Source: an uncultured Verrucomicrobiae bacterium
GTDB taxonomy: Bacteria; Verrucomicrobiota; Verrucomicrobiia; Chthoniobacterales; Chthoniobacteraceae
Direction of reading: 5' to 3'
Assembly (NCBI GenBank): GCA_963828525.1
Contig: CAWHEP010000010.1
Span: 304,896 to 368,895 of the forward strand
DNA: 64,000 nucleotides
A model generated the notes under the pieces. The model was not told the origin of the DNA and did no database searches. It was given only the letters and a program-made list of their open reading frames with translations. The position numbers were made by a program, and so were the translations under genes. Of the stretch, positions 19,533-29,092 are shown piece by piece. The first letter of the stretch is position 1. Each line of letters starts with the position of its first letter.

Positions 19533-22214
19533 ATGATGACTTCGTCAACGATCCGACAGACATTCCTGGATTTTTTTCGGGAGAAGCTCCACACCGTTGT
19601 GCCTTCCTCCAGTTTGATGCCGGATTCGCCGAACCTGCTCTTCACGAACGCGGGGATGAATCAGTTCGTCCCCTACTTTCTCGGGACGGAACGCGCGCCT
19701 TTCAGCCCGGCGCGAGCGGCTGATACCCAGAAATGCATCCGGGCAGGGGGCAAACACAACGATCTCGATGACGTGGGGCTTGATACTTATCACCACACGT
19801 TTTTCGAGATGCTCGGGAACTGGAGCTTCGGCGACTACTTCAAAGCGGAAGCAATCAGTTGGGCGTGGGAGCTTCTGACTGAACGGTGGAAATTTCCGCC
19901 GCATCGGTTGTACGCCACGGTCTATAATCCGGGCACCGGAGATCCGGGTTCTTTCGATCAGGAAGCGTTCGATCACTGGGCGGCGCGCTTTCGCGAGGCC
20001 GGGCTTGATCCCGCGGCGCACATCGTGAACGGCTCGAAGAAGGACAACTTCTGGATGATGGGGGAGACTGGGCCATGCGGGCCATGTTCGGAGGTGCATG
20101 TGGATTTGACTCCGGACGCGGCGACGCGTGGCGCCCTGGTCAACGCCGGTGATCCGCGTTGCATGGAAGTCTGGAACCTCGTCTTCATTCAGTTCAACGC
20201 GAATACCGACGGCTCCTTTTCTCCGTTGCCAGCGCGGCACGTGGACACGGGGATGGGGTTTGAGCGCATAGCGGGCATCATCCAATGCACGGAAGGTTTC
20301 ACAGATTTTTCGCGTCCGATCTCGAACTATGGTTCAGACGTATTCCAACCGATCTTTGCGCGACTGGAGAGTCTGAGCGGGAAACGTTATCTGGGCACGG
20401 TGCCCACTGGAAAAGCGGGGGCAACGGAACAGGAGAGAGTGGACGTCGCCTTCAGGGTTTTGGCGGATCACATCCGGGCGCTCGCGTTTGCGATTGCCGA
20501 TGGAATCCTGCCGGGGAACAACGAGCGAAACTACGTCGTCCGGCGCATCCTGCGGAGGGCGGTTCGCTTTGGGAGGGTGCTTGGCTTCGGAGCGGCATTG
20601 ACCGATGGGGAGCTGCTCCTGCCCCGGCTCCTTGAGCCGGTGGTTGAGACATTCGCGCCGGTTTTTCCCGAACTCTCCCGATCCCGCGATCTGATCCACG
20701 ACGTCTTAGAGAGCGAAGAGAAAAGCTTCAACCGCACCCTGGACAAGGGACTGGAGTTGTTCGACGCCGAGATGAAGCGGCTGCCCGAAGGGGCTGCCGC
20801 CTTTTCGGCTCAAGTGGCTTTCAAGCTGTATGATACGTATGGCTTTCCCGTTGATCTGACCGAACTGCTGGCCCGCGAGGCCGGGCTCACGGTGGATTCT
20901 GGACAGGTGAACGCGCTGATGGATGAACAGCGGCAGCGCGCCCGAACTGCTCAGAAGAAGGAAGTTATTTCCGCGGAAGGAAATCTTCCGCTATTCGAAA
21001 CGCTTTTCGTAGGATTCGAGCGTGACGAGGCTGAGACGCAACTGCTCGGCACGTTCGCAAAGGGCGCGGACATATACGTGGGAGTGGAAGTTTCGCCGTT
21101 TTACGCCGAGATGGGCGGGCAGGTGGGCGACACGGGGTTGCTGCGGCTGGGATCGCGCGAGGTTGCCGTCACGGCCACGATCCGGAAGGGACCTGCTTTT
21201 TTCCTGAAGCTGGCGGAACCCTTGGCGGCCGAAGATGCGGCTTTGGTCGCGAGCGCGATGGTGGACAAACAGCGCCGTCGGGCGATCGAGGCGCACCACA
21301 CCGCAACGCACCTGCTGCATCTGGCGTTGCGCGACGCGCTTGGGCCTGGGGTGATGCAGAAGGGGTCGTATGTCGGCCCCGACCGGCTGCGGTTCGACTT
21401 TAACAGCTCAGCGCTTAACGCCGCCCAGCTCGAATCGATAGAGCGGCAGATCAACCAGAGGATTCTCGAGAACTCGCCCGTAGCTTGGACCGAGATGCCT
21501 TACGCCTCGGTTCGGGAGCGCTCCGACATCATGCAATTTTTCGGCGAAAAATACGGCGATACCGTGCGGGTCGTACAGATTGGGGGGCAGCCTGGCGCGT
21601 TAAACGGATACTCGATGGAGTTGTGTGGTGGCACTCACGCGCGCGCCACGGGGCAACTCGGTTTATTTACCATCACGAGCGAGGGAGCCATAGCGGCGGG
21701 GATCCGGCGGATCGAGGCGGTGTGCGGCATGGCGGCGCTGGAGCACGGAAAAGCGCGTCTCGCAGAACAAACCAAACGGGCGGAGCAACTCGAAGAAAAA
21801 CTTGTAGAGGCGATCAAGGAATTGGAGCGGGAGAGGGCCGCCGCGCTCAGGCGGCAGGCAAGCGCGCTTGTCGCGACATTGCTGCAGCAGGTGGATGACT
21901 CCGCGGGGACCAAGAGGCTGATCAAAAATGTGGGAATTGCCACTCCCGAATTGCTTCAGTCGATAATCGATCTTCTCAAGGAACGGCAGTTCGATGGAAT
22001 CGCGATCCTTGCGGGTTTGGTTGATGACAGGGTAAGCCTGGCCGTCTCCATCGGGGCAGGGGCACCCAAGAACCTTCACGCCGGGAAGTTAATGCAACAA
22101 ATTGCGCCAATCGTCGGGGGAAAAGGGGGCGGAAAAGCGGAATCAGCGCGCGGGGCGGGGAATGATCCCGGCAAAATCAATGACGCCCTGCGTCTGGCGG
22201 CGACTTTGCTTTAG
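19533..22214 (+). CDS. alaS: Alanine--tRNA ligase
   Basis: LLFTNAGMNQF, FFEMLGNWSFGDYFK, DTGMGFER, HTATHLL, ELCGGTH and GGKGGG. Confidence 0.99.
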   Translation: MMTSSTIRQTFLDFFREKLHTVVPSSSLMPDSPNLLFTNAGMNQFVPYFLGTERAPFSPARAADTQKCIRAGGKHNDLDDVGLDTYHHTFFEMLGNWSFGDYFKAEAISWAWELLTERWKFPPHRLYATVYNPGTGDPGSFDQEAFDHWAARFREAGLDPAAHIVNGSKKDNFWMMGETGPCGPCSEVHVDLTPDAATRGALVNAGDPRCMEVWNLVFIQFNANTDGSFSPLPARHVDTGMGFERIAGIIQCTEGFTDFSRPISNYGSDVFQPIFARLESLSGKRYLGTVPTGKAGATEQERVDVAFRVLADHIRALAFAIADGILPGNNERNYVVRRILRRAVRFGRVLGFGAALTDGELLLPRLLEPVVETFAPVFPELSRSRDLIHDVLESEEKSFNRTLDKGLELFDAEMKRLPEGAAAFSAQVAFKLYDTYGFPVDLTELLAREAGLTVDSGQVNALMDEQRQRARTAQKKEVISAEGNLPLFETLFVGFERDEAETQLLGTFAKGADIYVGVEVSPFYAEMGGQVGDTGLLRLGSREVAVTATIRKGPAFFLKLAEPLAAEDAALVASAMVDKQRRRAIEAHHTATHLLHLALRDALGPGVMQKGSYVGPDRLRFDFNSSALNAAQLESIERQINQRILENSPVAWTEMPYASVRERSDIMQFFGEKYGDTVRVVQIGGQPGALNGYSMELCGGTHARATGQLGLFTITSEGAIAAGIRRIEAVCGMAALEHGKARLAEQTKRAEQLEEKLVEAIKELERERAAALRRQASALVATLLQQVDDSAGTKRLIKNVGIATPELLQSIIDLLKERQFDGIAILAGLVDDRVSLAVSIGAGAPKNLHAGKLMQQIAPIVGGKGGGKAESARGAGNDPGKINDALRLAATLL

Positions 22215-22256
22215 CGGCATCGCTGGGGCTCTACGCCGTCAACTTAGCAGCCTGGT

Positions 22257-23489
22257 TCAGGCCGCTGCGAAATAACGTTCTGCCCGACGGATGATCTCCG
22301 GATAGTCCGTCTTGAAAGCGCAAGCATCGCGCAACGAGGCGAGGTCAACGCCGCTGGCATCGCGGGAGCTTGCCGGAATCGCGCGGTATTGCTCGCCTGC
22401 GGCCACATCGCCATCCTGCTCGTAATAGGTGACGAAGCGCGAAATGTCCGAGAACGCAAAGGGCATCGCGGCCCCGAGGGCGCGGCACGAAGGGCAACCC
22501 GGGCACATCGTGCGGCGGTGGCTCGTCACGATCTCCTTCAGCAGGGCAATGTGAGAGGCTGGAAGCGCCGTTTTGAAGCTGTGCGCCGCGCGCACATCGA
22601 GATCCATTTCGGTGACATTTGTGATCCTCGTGCAGACCGCGGAGATCCGGGGGTCGCCCCACACGGAATGAAGCAGCGCCTGGTGCGTCGTAAGCCCCAT
22701 CTTATCGAATTCGGGGACCCTCTTGGGGATGTCCGCCGCGTTCCGCATGATCTTCATCGCAACCATCCCGATTCCGGCTTTGTGGCAGGCTTCGATGCCT
22801 TGATCGAACCGATCCCCTGCCGTGAAGAAAGGGGAGTATTTGAACATGATGGCATCGACGATCCCGCCCTTTCCGGCAGCATCAAGGTAATCGGTCAGCA
22901 TGTCATCATGGCAGGAGAACCCGACCATCTTTACCTTGCCTGAGCTCTTCAGGGCATCCGCCATTTTCTGAAACGCCGCGCTCTTCGGCCAGTTGAGAGA
23001 CTCAGGAGTGTATTCCCTGGGGTTAATGCCATGGACAAAGAAGAGATCAAGGTAGCTCGTGCCGAGCGCCTCCAGGCGCTTGTCCAGCAGTTCCATCATC
23101 TGATCCAGACCTTTTCTTGGATGATCCTTTGAAACGAGGAAGAGGTCTTTCCTCCGCTCCGGATGCTGCGCGAGCCAATCCTTAATCACGCTCTCCGATT
23201 TGCCCTTCAGATAGCAGTCGGCGGTGTCGAAATAGCGGATTCCCATCGCCCATGCGATGTCCAGGTAGGCAGGGCTGTGGCCGTTGCTCTCACAGCCCAG
23301 AGCAATCATCGGAACATCTGGGCCGTTTCTCCCGAGTTTTCGTGTTGGCAGCGGCATCACGGATTCTTGCGCCGCATCGGCAACAGCGGCAGGTGGACGG
23401 GCAAACGGAATGGCGAGAGCGGCGGGAACCGCCATCGCCGTCTTTAGGAAATGCCTGCGGGATGTGGATGACGGCGGGTTCGTTTCCAT
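22257..23489 (-). CDS. Aldo/keto reductase with Tat-like signal and C-terminal Cys cluster
   Basis: SRRHFLK signal, PTRKLG, YFDTADCY, GFSCH and CPGCPSC. Confidence 0.85.
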   Translation of the reverse strand: METNPPSSTSRRHFLKTAMAVPAALAIPFARPPAAVADAAQESVMPLPTRKLGRNGPDVPMIALGCESNGHSPAYLDIAWAMGIRYFDTADCYLKGKSESVIKDWLAQHPERRKDLFLVSKDHPRKGLDQMMELLDKRLEALGTSYLDLFFVHGINPREYTPESLNWPKSAAFQKMADALKSSGKVKMVGFSCHDDMLTDYLDAAGKGGIVDAIMFKYSPFFTAGDRFDQGIEACHKAGIGMVAMKIMRNAADIPKRVPEFDKMGLTTHQALLHSVWGDPRISAVCTRITNVTEMDLDVRAAHSFKTALPASHIALLKEIVTSHRRTMCPGCPSCRALGAAMPFAFSDISRFVTYYEQDGDVAAGEQYRAIPASSRDASGVDLASLRDACAFKTDYPEIIRRAERYFAAA

Positions 23490-23600
23490 GGAAGAGGCTC
23501 TCCTTATCTTGTGGCTGAACGGAAGGAGCTTAACACGTGGCAAGTGTGGAAGCCAAGCTCGAACCAGCCGGGGTGGGGGAGATCGGGAGAGAACCCTTGC

Positions 23601-23846
23601 TTAGAACTCTCCGGCGATTTGCTGTTCTTCCGCTGTCGCCTGGCGAATTTTCTCAGGCCTGAAGTTTTTTACCGAGCCATCCGGGAAAGCCGCGCTGACC
23701 CAGAGGCCAGGCGATAGCGTCTCGACCCGGAGAATTCGGCAGAACTCATCCGCTGCGGGAACTGCATTTCGCAGCTTTGCCAGCACCATCAACTTTCCGC
23801 GATGTTCAAGGCGATAGGCTGCTGCCTCGTCGGGAAGAAGTTCCAT
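23601..23846 (-). CDS. Hypothetical protein (about 81 aa)
   Basis: Plausible ORF from MELLPDEA that fills an intergenic gap; no motif recognised. Confidence 0.5.
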   Translation of the reverse strand: MELLPDEAAAYRLEHRGKLMVLAKLRNAVPAADEFCRILRVETLSPGLWVSAAFPDGSVKNFRPEKIRQATAEEQQIAGEF

Positions 23847-24157
23847 TGGCGCGACGATAGTCTTTCTGCCGGGGATTAGCGAATGGCAGCTTGGGCGCGA
23901 GTTTTTCATTTAATCGTTTCGACGAAAAATTTGCGCAGCGATGGTGCGCGCAGAATTTCATGGAATGGCGTAAAGCCTGTCTGAGTGAAAGCCGCGCGTC
24001 GCCCCTTTTGCACGAATGAAGTCTGAGCCCGGTCGTGAAAAGCCTAACTTCCACAGAAAACTGCCGCCGCTTTTGAGAGATGAGAGCCCCTGTTCGAATG
24101 GCTGAAGGGAGGGGGTAGGGTGGACATTCCCGCTTTTCTGGAGGTACATGGAGAGCT

Positions 24158-24442
24158 ATGCCTATTCCTACCAGTCATCAAATGCGGATCGCCCTGAGTA
24201 AAGACCTGAACATTTCAGGCTCCAAGCCATTGACGAAAGTATTGGATGACGTGGTCCGGAAGACGTTCACGGCGAACAAGGACGGAGCCATTCTGGAGTT
24301 TGCGCACCGGCAGGCGGATAAGGAGTTCTGGAACGGGGTAAAATATTACGGCAGCGGAACGCGCAGCCGCGTGCGTATCCGGCGCACTCCGTTGGAGCCC
24401 GTCGGCGCGGTCGCAGAGAAGGCCGCTGCGCCTGAGGTTTAG
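24158..24442 (+). CDS. Hypothetical basic protein (94 aa)
   Basis: GGAGAG just upstream of the ATG; no motif recognised. Confidence 0.55.
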   Translation: MPIPTSHQMRIALSKDLNISGSKPLTKVLDDVVRKTFTANKDGAILEFAHRQADKEFWNGVKYYGSGTRSRVRIRRTPLEPVGAVAEKAAAPEV

Positions 24443-24481
24443 CCGGGGCAGGAGATCTTCCGCGTTTCCGAGGGGGGAGCG

Positions 24482-25669
24482 CTACGTTTCGCTGAGTCGC
24501 TTCTGAGTTTCGCCTTTAAGCAGTTCGTGGGCTTCGGCGAGGATCCCGGGGATACGGGCCGCGAAAGGGTTGTCCGCCACTGCTTTCTCGATCTCTTTCG
24601 CATTGAACTCGGAAGCGTTCCCACCGGGGAACCAATGCCCCGCGTTGCCCAGAAGGTTGTACCGCATCTTCCCGTATTCGATCATATCCAGCGACTTGGC
24701 ATGCATCCACAGGCGTAAAATCTCGGATACATTGATCCCGCCCGGACAATCCGCGTAATCCGGCAGGCCGCGCCACCAGGCGCCGCACCAGTCCGCGCCG
24801 AGAATGGAAATCATTTCATCCCGCAGGCGCTTTTCGACAGGATCAAGCGCGGCGGGGATGTCATCGTAGAAAGCCAGCGCCTTGAGATGCTCGTCGAAAT
24901 CCTCCGGCTTGGAGGCGCCCAAACTCAAAGTATGCACCTCTGGCCGCGCGAGGCAGAAGAGGTCTCCGAACATGAGAGGTGAGAGGGGCTCGCACAGCTT
25001 TTTCAGCTTGGCGGGTGGCTTGTAGAGCAAACCGCCTTTGTCGTTCGGGCTGATGATGAAGACGCCCATGTCACGCGCCCGGGCGGCCTGGATGGCGTTC
25101 CAGTTCCACTCATTCACGAAGTACCAGTGCAGGTTGACGTAGTCGAACTCGTCCGTCGCGATTGCCGTCAGGATGACTTCGCGCGGAGCGTGTGTGGAGA
25201 ACCCGATGAATCGCGCGCGGCCATCCGCCTGGATTTTCCGGGCAGCTTCAAGGCAGCCGCCTTTCCTGAGCGTCTGGTCGAGCAGTTCCGCGTTGTTGAT
25301 GCCGTGGATCGAAAGGAAGTCGACGTAGTCTAGTTTTAGATAGGCCATCGACTTGTCGAAAGCTTCCAGAAACTCTTGCTGGCTCTCGCGAGGAGACACC
25401 TTGGTCTGCACGAGCATTTCGGCTCTTGGCAGACGCGGCAGGATGCGCCCGAGCTGCATCTCTGAAGTGCCGTAGCCACGCGCGGTTTCGATGTGGTTGA
25501 TGCCGAGTTCCAGCGCGCGGCGGATCGTGCGCTCGAGATTATCCTGGTTTGCGGCGGGAATGTCTTCCGGGGCCGCGTCGTCCCAGGCATGCTGGTAGCG
25601 CATGCCGCCGCATGAGAATACGGGGACTTGCGCCTCTGTTCTTCCAAATCTTCTGTAACGCATTTCCAT
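24482..25669 (-). CDS. Aldo/keto reductase
   Basis: MRYRRFGRT, HIETARGYG, IGFSTH and CPGGINVSEILRL. Confidence 0.88.
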   Translation of the reverse strand: MEMRYRRFGRTEAQVPVFSCGGMRYQHAWDDAAPEDIPAANQDNLERTIRRALELGINHIETARGYGTSEMQLGRILPRLPRAEMLVQTKVSPRESQQEFLEAFDKSMAYLKLDYVDFLSIHGINNAELLDQTLRKGGCLEAARKIQADGRARFIGFSTHAPREVILTAIATDEFDYVNLHWYFVNEWNWNAIQAARARDMGVFIISPNDKGGLLYKPPAKLKKLCEPLSPLMFGDLFCLARPEVHTLSLGASKPEDFDEHLKALAFYDDIPAALDPVEKRLRDEMISILGADWCGAWWRGLPDYADCPGGINVSEILRLWMHAKSLDMIEYGKMRYNLLGNAGHWFPGGNASEFNAKEIEKAVADNPFAARIPGILAEAHELLKGETQKRLSET

Positions 25670-25790
25670 GGGCCGCACAGGCTGAAGATGCCGCATGCCC
25701 CGGTGGCTGTCCATTAACACTGAAGGCCCCTTGGCCTTGCTTCGAAGGCATCTGGATGCCACACTTGTTTCTCCAACAGGATTTCTCCGC

Positions 25791-26429
25791 ATGACTCTCG
25801 ACCTCGATCTTTTCAAAGCCACTCCCTTGCAGACTGACCCGTTCGACTTTTTGGTCATTCCTGGTTTCGTGAAGGAAGAGGCGCGGGAGCGCATCAATGC
25901 CGATTACCCTGAGGTGTCCAAGTCCGGAAGTTTTCCGCTGGATGAAGTGACGTTCGGTCCCGGGTTTCAGAGTTTGATCGATGATCTGAATGGGGACGAA
26001 ATGCGCGTCGCGTTCGAGGAGAAATTTCACATCGATCTGTCCGGCAAGCCTACGATGACGACGGTGCGGGGACGATGCAGTGAGAAGGATGGGAAGATCC
26101 ATACGGATTCCGACACGAAGATCATCACCGTGCTCATCTATCTGAACTCGCGATGGGAGCAGCCGGGCGGACAGCTTCGTTTGCTGCGTTCCGCGACGGA
26201 CCTGGACGATGTGATCATGGAGGTGCCACCCACGGAAGGAACTTTGCTGGCCTTTCGCCGCTGCGCAAACTCCTACCACGGACATAAGAAATTCTCGGGG
26301 CCCCGCCGCGTCGTGCAGTTCAACTGGGTCACCAGCCAGGCAGTTGTGGATCGAGCCATGACGCGGCACCGTTTCTCAAGCTGGACGAAAAAGCTGCAGA
26401 CGGTCTTTGCTGGCGGCGCAAAGGCTTAA
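25791..26429 (+). CDS. 2OG-Fe(II) oxygenase
   Basis: HTD...H facial triad (IHTDS, SYHGH) and RRVVQFN. Confidence 0.85.
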   Translation: MTLDLDLFKATPLQTDPFDFLVIPGFVKEEARERINADYPEVSKSGSFPLDEVTFGPGFQSLIDDLNGDEMRVAFEEKFHIDLSGKPTMTTVRGRCSEKDGKIHTDSDTKIITVLIYLNSRWEQPGGQLRLLRSATDLDDVIMEVPPTEGTLLAFRRCANSYHGHKKFSGPRRVVQFNWVTSQAVVDRAMTRHRFSSWTKKLQTVFAGGAKA

Positions 26430-26548
26430 TCCAAGCTGTCATTCCCACTCCCGTTCCAACCGGCCAGATTCCCCTCCGCGAAAGGGATTTTTCGCGGATT
26501 CTGCTGATTAAGCCATCGGCGCTGGGGGATGTCGTTCACACGCTCCCC

Positions 26549-27610
26549 GTGCTTGTGAAACTGCGGGCGCGTTATCCGGCCGCCAGGATTGACTGGTTCA
26601 TCACGCCGGAAAATGCCGAGATCGTCCGATGCCATCCAGCTCTGTCCAATATCGTCCTGTTCGCAAGACGCGAGTACGCGCGCGTCGGCAGGAGCGTCAG
26701 CGCGACCGCTGGGTTTTTTCGGCTCCTGTCCCAAATACGGCGGGCGCGATACGATCTCGTCATCGATCTGCACGGGCAACTTCGATCCGTCTTCTTCGCC
26801 ATGGTCACCGGAGCCGCCGTTCGCATCGGGTTTGACCGGCCAGCGCCAGGCGCGCGGGCCATCTCCGAACAGAACGGGTTGCAGGACGCCCCGCGGCGTG
26901 GCTGGAAGGGCGCGCGTGAAGGCTCCTGGGTGGCCTACTCGGACCGTATCCCCATCCCGACCTTGGATGTGCATGCCATCGACCGATATCTGTGGATCGG
27001 CGCCATGCTTGGGTTTGACGCGTCCGAGCCGGATTCGACTGTCTATCTTCCACCCGAAACCGATGCGCGCGTCGCGGCGCTTTTCGCGGAATACCGGGTG
27101 CCTGAAAAACCCCTGGCGCTGCTTGTGCCGGGCACAATCTGGGAAACAAAACACTGGGCCGCCGAACGCTTTGCGGAGGTGGGCCGCCACCTGATGGAAA
27201 AGGGATTCGCGGTTATTATCGCCGGGACTGCCCGGGATGGAGCGCTAGCCAGCCGGATGACAGCAACGACGCCCGGCATGCATGATCTCACAGGGAAGAC
27301 CACTCCGGCTGACCTGGGGGGAATCATAAGGCGGGCCACGATTTGTGTAACCAATGATTCGGGGTCGATGCACCTAGCGACGGCGCTTTGCACGCCCGTC
27401 GTTTCCATTTTCGGCCCGACAAACCCCGCGCATATCGGACCATACCGTCACCCCGACTCAGTGGTGCGGGTGGATATACCGTGTTCTCCCTGCAATATCC
27501 GCAAGCTGGTCCAGTGTCCGCATGGCCATGCGTGCATGGAGCAGGTGACGCCTTCCATGGTAATTGAGAGGGTGGAAGCGTCGCTGGCTTCGCAAGCGGG
27601 TCGCGTCTGA
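26549..27610 (+). CDS. GT9 LPS heptosyltransferase (WaaC/WaaF-like); conserved N-terminus extends upstream to about 26486
   Basis: Upstream in-frame RILLIKPSALGDVVHTLP; also YDLVIDLHG and TNDSGSMHLA..FGPT. Confidence 0.9.
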   Translation: MLVKLRARYPAARIDWFITPENAEIVRCHPALSNIVLFARREYARVGRSVSATAGFFRLLSQIRRARYDLVIDLHGQLRSVFFAMVTGAAVRIGFDRPAPGARAISEQNGLQDAPRRGWKGAREGSWVAYSDRIPIPTLDVHAIDRYLWIGAMLGFDASEPDSTVYLPPETDARVAALFAEYRVPEKPLALLVPGTIWETKHWAAERFAEVGRHLMEKGFAVIIAGTARDGALASRMTATTPGMHDLTGKTTPADLGGIIRRATICVTNDSGSMHLATALCTPVVSIFGPTNPAHIGPYRHPDSVVRVDIPCSPCNIRKLVQCPHGHACMEQVTPSMVIERVEASLASQAGRV

Positions 27611-27622
27611 ACCCCTCGCGGA

Positions 27623-27898
27623 TTAGATGATGCCCCCGACGCGGGGGCATCGTCCCGGTTTGGCGGACGAGATGAGAAATCCACCGGCAATCACCATGCA
27701 GGTGGCCACGACATTCGCGACGTCTTTTTCGCTTTCGAAGGCGCGCACCGCTTGCGCCGCGCGAGCGGTGACGGCCGGCTGGTCGCTTGCGAGCGATGCG
27801 GATGTCCGCGCCTGGCTAGCGCTCGCCCACCAGAACTCGCCGCCCCAAACGAAAACACATAGCGCCAGGAACATCGTCAGCTTCATTCGGACTCTCAT
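27623..27898 (-). CDS. Small membrane/secreted hypothetical protein
   Basis: N-terminal hydrophobic signal and a C-terminal hydrophobic segment. Confidence 0.45.
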   Translation of the reverse strand: MRVRMKLTMFLALCVFVWGGEFWWASASQARTSASLASDQPAVTARAAQAVRAFESEKDVANVVATCMVIAGGFLISSAKPGRCPRVGGII

Positions 27899-28033
27899 AT
27901 TGATCCTCTCCTCTTCATCTACTTGGGAGCATCAGATGTGCCATGGCGCGGCTCTCCGGGCATGGAAAGGAAGAGAAGTCGACGCCCGAAATCAATCGCA
28001 AAATGGCCCCGCATCCCCAAAGCTGAAGCGCTT

Positions 28034-29065
28034 GTGAAAGCTTTGATCCTTCAGGAATACATGCGACTGGCCTATGAAGAGGTGGCCATGCCGGAGGTGG
28101 GGCGAACGAATGTCCTGGTAGCTGTGAAGGCGTGCGGCATCTGCGGCAGCGACGTTCATGGAATGGATGGCTCCACCGGACGTCGCCGTCCGCCCATCAT
28201 CATGGGTCACGAGGCAGCCGGAGTCATCGTAGAGACGGGCAGCGAGGTCACAGGCTGGAAAGCGGGTGATCGCGTAACGTTTGACTCGACCATTTACTGT
28301 GGACACTGCGATTTTTGCCACCGGGGTGAAGTAAACCTTTGCGACGACCGCCGCGTGCTGGGGGTATCCTGCGCAGAGTATCGTCAGCCGGGGGCGTTCG
28401 CGGATTTTGTGGCCGTGCCTCAGCGGACTTTGCATCGACTGCCGGACATAGTGTCCTTCGAGCGCGCGGCGCTGATTGAGCCATTCACGATTGCGCTTCA
28501 CGCGTTGAATCGAACGGCGCATGGCTTGAACGATACGGCGGTGGTTATTGGATGCGGGATGATAGGCCTGGCGCTCCTTCAGATAATCCGCCTCTCCGGC
28601 TTCGGGCGTGTGATAGCCGTGGACACGGCGCCTGACCGGCTTGAACAGGCCACCCGCCTTGGCGCGCATGAAGTCGTGAACTCCTCGGACGGACGGGGCC
28701 TCGCCAATATATTACGGGTTACCGGCAACAGGGGAGCAGAACAGGTATTCGAGGCCGTCGGCGCGCAAGCCACTGTTGACATGGCCGTGAGCGCGGCGCG
28801 CAAAGGCGGGAGCGTGACTCTTGTTGGCAATATTGCTGCCAGGGTGGAAATGCCGTTGCAGATGATTGTGACTCGCGAGCTGTCGCTGTTTGGTTCGTGC
28901 GCTTCGGCTGGCGAATACACGGCGTGTCTTGATATGATGGCCAGAGGAGCAATCACTGTGGAGCCGCTGCTCAGCGCGGTCGCTCCCCTGTCAGAAGGAG
29001 CTGGATGGTTTGATCGACTCTATAAGCGAGAAGCCGGGCTGTTGAAGGTGATCTTGGTTCCTTAG
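28034..29065 (+). CDS. Zinc-dependent polyol/sugar-acid dehydrogenase (sorbitol/idonate DH-like)
   Basis: CGICGSD, GHE, CGHCDFC..C and GCGMIG. GTG start at 28034. Confidence 0.9.
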   Translation: MKALILQEYMRLAYEEVAMPEVGRTNVLVAVKACGICGSDVHGMDGSTGRRRPPIIMGHEAAGVIVETGSEVTGWKAGDRVTFDSTIYCGHCDFCHRGEVNLCDDRRVLGVSCAEYRQPGAFADFVAVPQRTLHRLPDIVSFERAALIEPFTIALHALNRTAHGLNDTAVVIGCGMIGLALLQIIRLSGFGRVIAVDTAPDRLEQATRLGAHEVVNSSDGRGLANILRVTGNRGAEQVFEAVGAQATVDMAVSAARKGGSVTLVGNIAARVEMPLQMIVTRELSLFGSCASAGEYTACLDMMARGAITVEPLLSAVAPLSEGAGWFDRLYKREAGLLKVILVP

Positions 29066-29092
29066 GAGAGTCGGTAGGACCAAAACAAAGTA

